Positions 46,759 through 49,281 of a DNA stretch of 49,281 bases are shown in pieces (position 1 is the stretch's first letter; each line of letters starts with the position of its first letter). The DNA lies in assembly GCA_900088475.1 (NCBI GenBank), contig FLMG01000692.1, positions 1-49,281 on the forward strand. The letters run 5' to 3'. Below the pieces are notes generated by a model. It was not told the DNA's origin, ran no database searches, and saw nothing but the letters and a program-made list of their open reading frames with translations. Origin of the DNA: Hyphochytrium catenoides (taxonomy: Eukaryota; Protista; Hyphochytriomycota). The position numbers and the translations under genes were made by a program.

Positions 46759-48231
46759 CCCGACACGAACCGTCTACAAGAAGGGCAGAAAGCGTAGAGA
46801 TGAGGGGAGGAGAGAGAGAGAGAGAAAGAGAGAGAGGAAGAATCAGGGGAAGAAAAGGAGAGGTTGTTGTCTAGAGGTACAGAAGGAGCTGGAGGATTAG
46901 AAGGTTAAGTTAAAGCCAAGCAACGATTGAGGCATTCAGCCAGAATCTCTTCCTCTTCATTTTCCTCAGGCAGGAAGACTACGGGGAACGAACAGTCCTC
47001 TAAACAAAGATGATAGACATGAAAGGACGAGGAGATAGCAAGAGCAAGTTGAGACAGGAGACAGAGCTCAGGGGAGGCAATAAGGCCCGTTCTCCAACGC
47101 CAATGAAGTCTCTAAGGAGTTGATGTCACGAGGAAGGTAAGCGGCGGATGGCGCCCGCGTGAACCTTACTTTCTCCCCGGTGGAAAGTAAACTGAGGATC
47201 CTCCTTGTACGACGTGAGGGCAACTAATAACCAGCTGACGCTTGGTCGACCTAGCAACGACGTTAAACTTCTGAGAACAACGGGAGAGTAAAAGGAAGCA
47301 AGCAGGAGGATTGAGAGAGAAGAGAGCACAAAGAAATAGACAGACAGAACCCACAGGGAACTGAGGAAGGAGTGGAGATGAAGGCTCCTTTCATCATAAA
47401 ATAAATGAGCCTCCGTCGACTATGAAAGATGTCGCAAGAGCTACTGATCGGGACAAGAGAGGAATCAATTATCGCTTGCTTCATTGCTGCTGCTGCTGGT
47501 GACAGCAGAAGGCAGAGGCTGCCAGCTGCTGGGCGGGCCCACATCCTGCCCGGTTGACGTAGTCTCCTCGAGCGACACATCAGCTCCCGGAGCAAAAGTT
47601 AGGTTCCTTGGATGGTTGCTCCCTCATTATCCTCCTCGTCTCTGTCTCTCTCTCTCTCCTCTCTCTCTCCTCCTATAATGCTCCCTCTCTCTCTCTCTGC
47701 TTTGACCATGGTTTCTCAACCGCTCAAGCTTCGGGTGCCTTCGAGAAAGGTCGTTTCCATCTCTCGGAGAAGTCGACCAACAACGTGCAACTTGTCTTCA
47801 AAGAATCCAGAGGGAGGAGAGGAAACAGAGTCTGGACAGTGGACATGCTGCGGAGAGAGTTTCAATGAGGCTGCCAACCCACAGAGAGAAGAAGAGGCAG
47901 ACCACCAGCCTGCTGACCATAGGGTAACAGAGAGAAAGAGCCAAGGTCCATGAGACTTCCTTCCTTCCTTTCTTCCTCCTCGTTCCCGGTGGCGGTCGTT
48001 TCTATTGGCGATGGTCCATCATCCACACTGCAGCCGCTGGAAAGGAGCGAGGCAATGTGACAGAAGAAAAATCACGTGTTCGTGGTAGAGAATGGGACAG
48101 GAGGGAAAAGCTCGCCTGAAGAAAAGATACCTGTAACAAAGAGAGAGAGAGAGGAGAGAGAGAGAGGAGAGAGAGAGAGGAGAGAGAGGGAGAGAGGCAG
48201 AGAGAGAGACAAAGAGTGATATACTCCGAGG

Positions 48232-48239
48232 TTTATATA
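48232..48239 (-). promoter_or_regulatory. Candidate TATA box for zinc-finger gene copy 2
   Basis: TATATAAA on the minus strand followed about 25 nt downstream by a CT-rich tract, ~1.5 kb upstream of ATG 46758, with splice sites in between. Confidence 0.35.
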
Positions 48240-48970
48240 GGAAGAGAGAGAGGGGGAGAGAGAGAGAGAGAGAGAGAGGGAGAGAAAGAGAGGGGGAGGG
48301 AGAGAGAAGAGGAACGAAGAGAGAGGAACGATTGGCTCAAGAGACCAACCAGCTGGCTTCATCAAGCCCTAATAAAAGCCAAGAACTAAAGAGCCTGTAG
48401 TCTACAGTGAAACCGCACCTCGGACAATTCTTCCTATTTCATAACGGTTAAATAAAGCATCTACTTTCCCATCTCTCGACACTCTGTCTGTGCATCGAAG
48501 CACTCGTACTGGACATGGTCTCAGCATCTCAATCTATTAGCAGGATATCTAGCTTCATCCATCCACTAACTGTTTAGCTGTATGTCATCTACTCTGTCTC
48601 AGCCCCGCAAGGCTCTTTCTCGTCCTCCTCTTGTTCTGTGACAAAAAGGAGCAGGCAAAATCAGCTGGCAGAGAGGAGGGGAGGCCACACATACCCGGAG
48701 AGGGGGTAGAACTCCCCCCTTTCTATAGTTCCACACTGCTGCGGTATCTCCCCAACTTGATTCCTGTCTCTTTACATCTCCTCTGTCTCTCAACTGGGGC
48801 TTACTCTGTCGCTTTTATATATAGCTGATTACAATATAGTTCCTCTCTTCTTCTTTATTCCTCACCTCTTATCTCTTTTTGACTCTTCCTTCCACCCACA
48901 ACCTCTCTGTCTTTCTCCCTACACAAAAACCTTATCCTCCCCGCCTCTCCTCTGTGCCCCTCTCCTTTCA

Positions 48971-49105
48971 CAGCCCAGATTGCCCCTCGCCCACCCCCCT
49001 TCTGAATGTGACAGGGCCCACCCACCTGAAGCGCCAACCTCCTATAACTGTTTATCCCAGCCAAAGTGCCTCCGCCCACCCATCCAGAAGCGTCCAACCC
49101 CCCAA
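48971..49105. repeat. Degenerate C-rich repeat with three GCCCACCC motifs
   Basis: GCCCACCC at 48989, 49016 and 49074; flanks partly shared (CAGCC.A...TGCC; GAAGCG.CCAACC). Confidence 0.6.
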
Positions 49106-49281
49106 AGGTTTTACACAAACGTGGCGGCGAATTGTTGGGTAAAACTCTCTCCTTATCATAAGAAATACGTTTATCTCGGTTAATGATTGGGTATCACAGC
49201 TCGGCGTGGAACCCATTAGCGCTAATAACATTATTGAGTCCATCTGAACGATGTGCATTTACGATGTTTTGAGTTTATCAT

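Larger units (their letters stand above)
1..49281. repeat. Pervasive (GA)n/(CT)n microsatellite in introns, UTRs and intergenic DNA
   Basis: Many tracts, e.g. 901-960, 20460-20610, 25480-25665, 26870-27070, 27560-27720, 34815-34975. All five N-gaps (9015-9091, 19957-20028, 24212-24368, 32228-32262, 39247-39283) abut GA/CT-rich sequence. Confidence 0.99.

Overview
Eukaryotic, intron-dense genomic DNA saturated with (GA/CT)n microsatellite, with five N-gaps that all abut microsatellite. A protist is most likely, possibly a stramenopile; this is inferred from gene content only. Manual splicing gives eight genes: a ~1400-aa kinesin-12/KIF15-like motor (-, >=32 exons), a PLAC8-family protein (+), NatB catalytic subunit NAA20 (-), a ZNF511-like C2H2 protein (+), a Sec1/Munc18 protein (-), a probable START-domain protein (+), and two paralogous WRKY19-like C-x4-C-x9/10-C-x2-H zinc-finger array proteins (-) with single-exon CDSs. 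Most ORFs in the supplied track are microsatellite artefacts. The most notable items are: (1) an orphan locus at ~2.9-5.15 kb, built from a degenerate tandem array in which two segments are inverted in place, giving a ~385-bp fold-back with a perfect 70-bp core (candidate hairpin/small-RNA locus); (2) a homology-supported GA-AG intron plus two GC-AG introns in the kinesin; (3) introns polarised 5'-(GA)n...(CT)n-3'; (4) strict head-to-head/tail-to-tail gene alternation around microsatellite-free islands that share a TAGAACT/TATAGTTC motif. No rRNA, tRNA, CRISPR array or recognisable transposase was seen.
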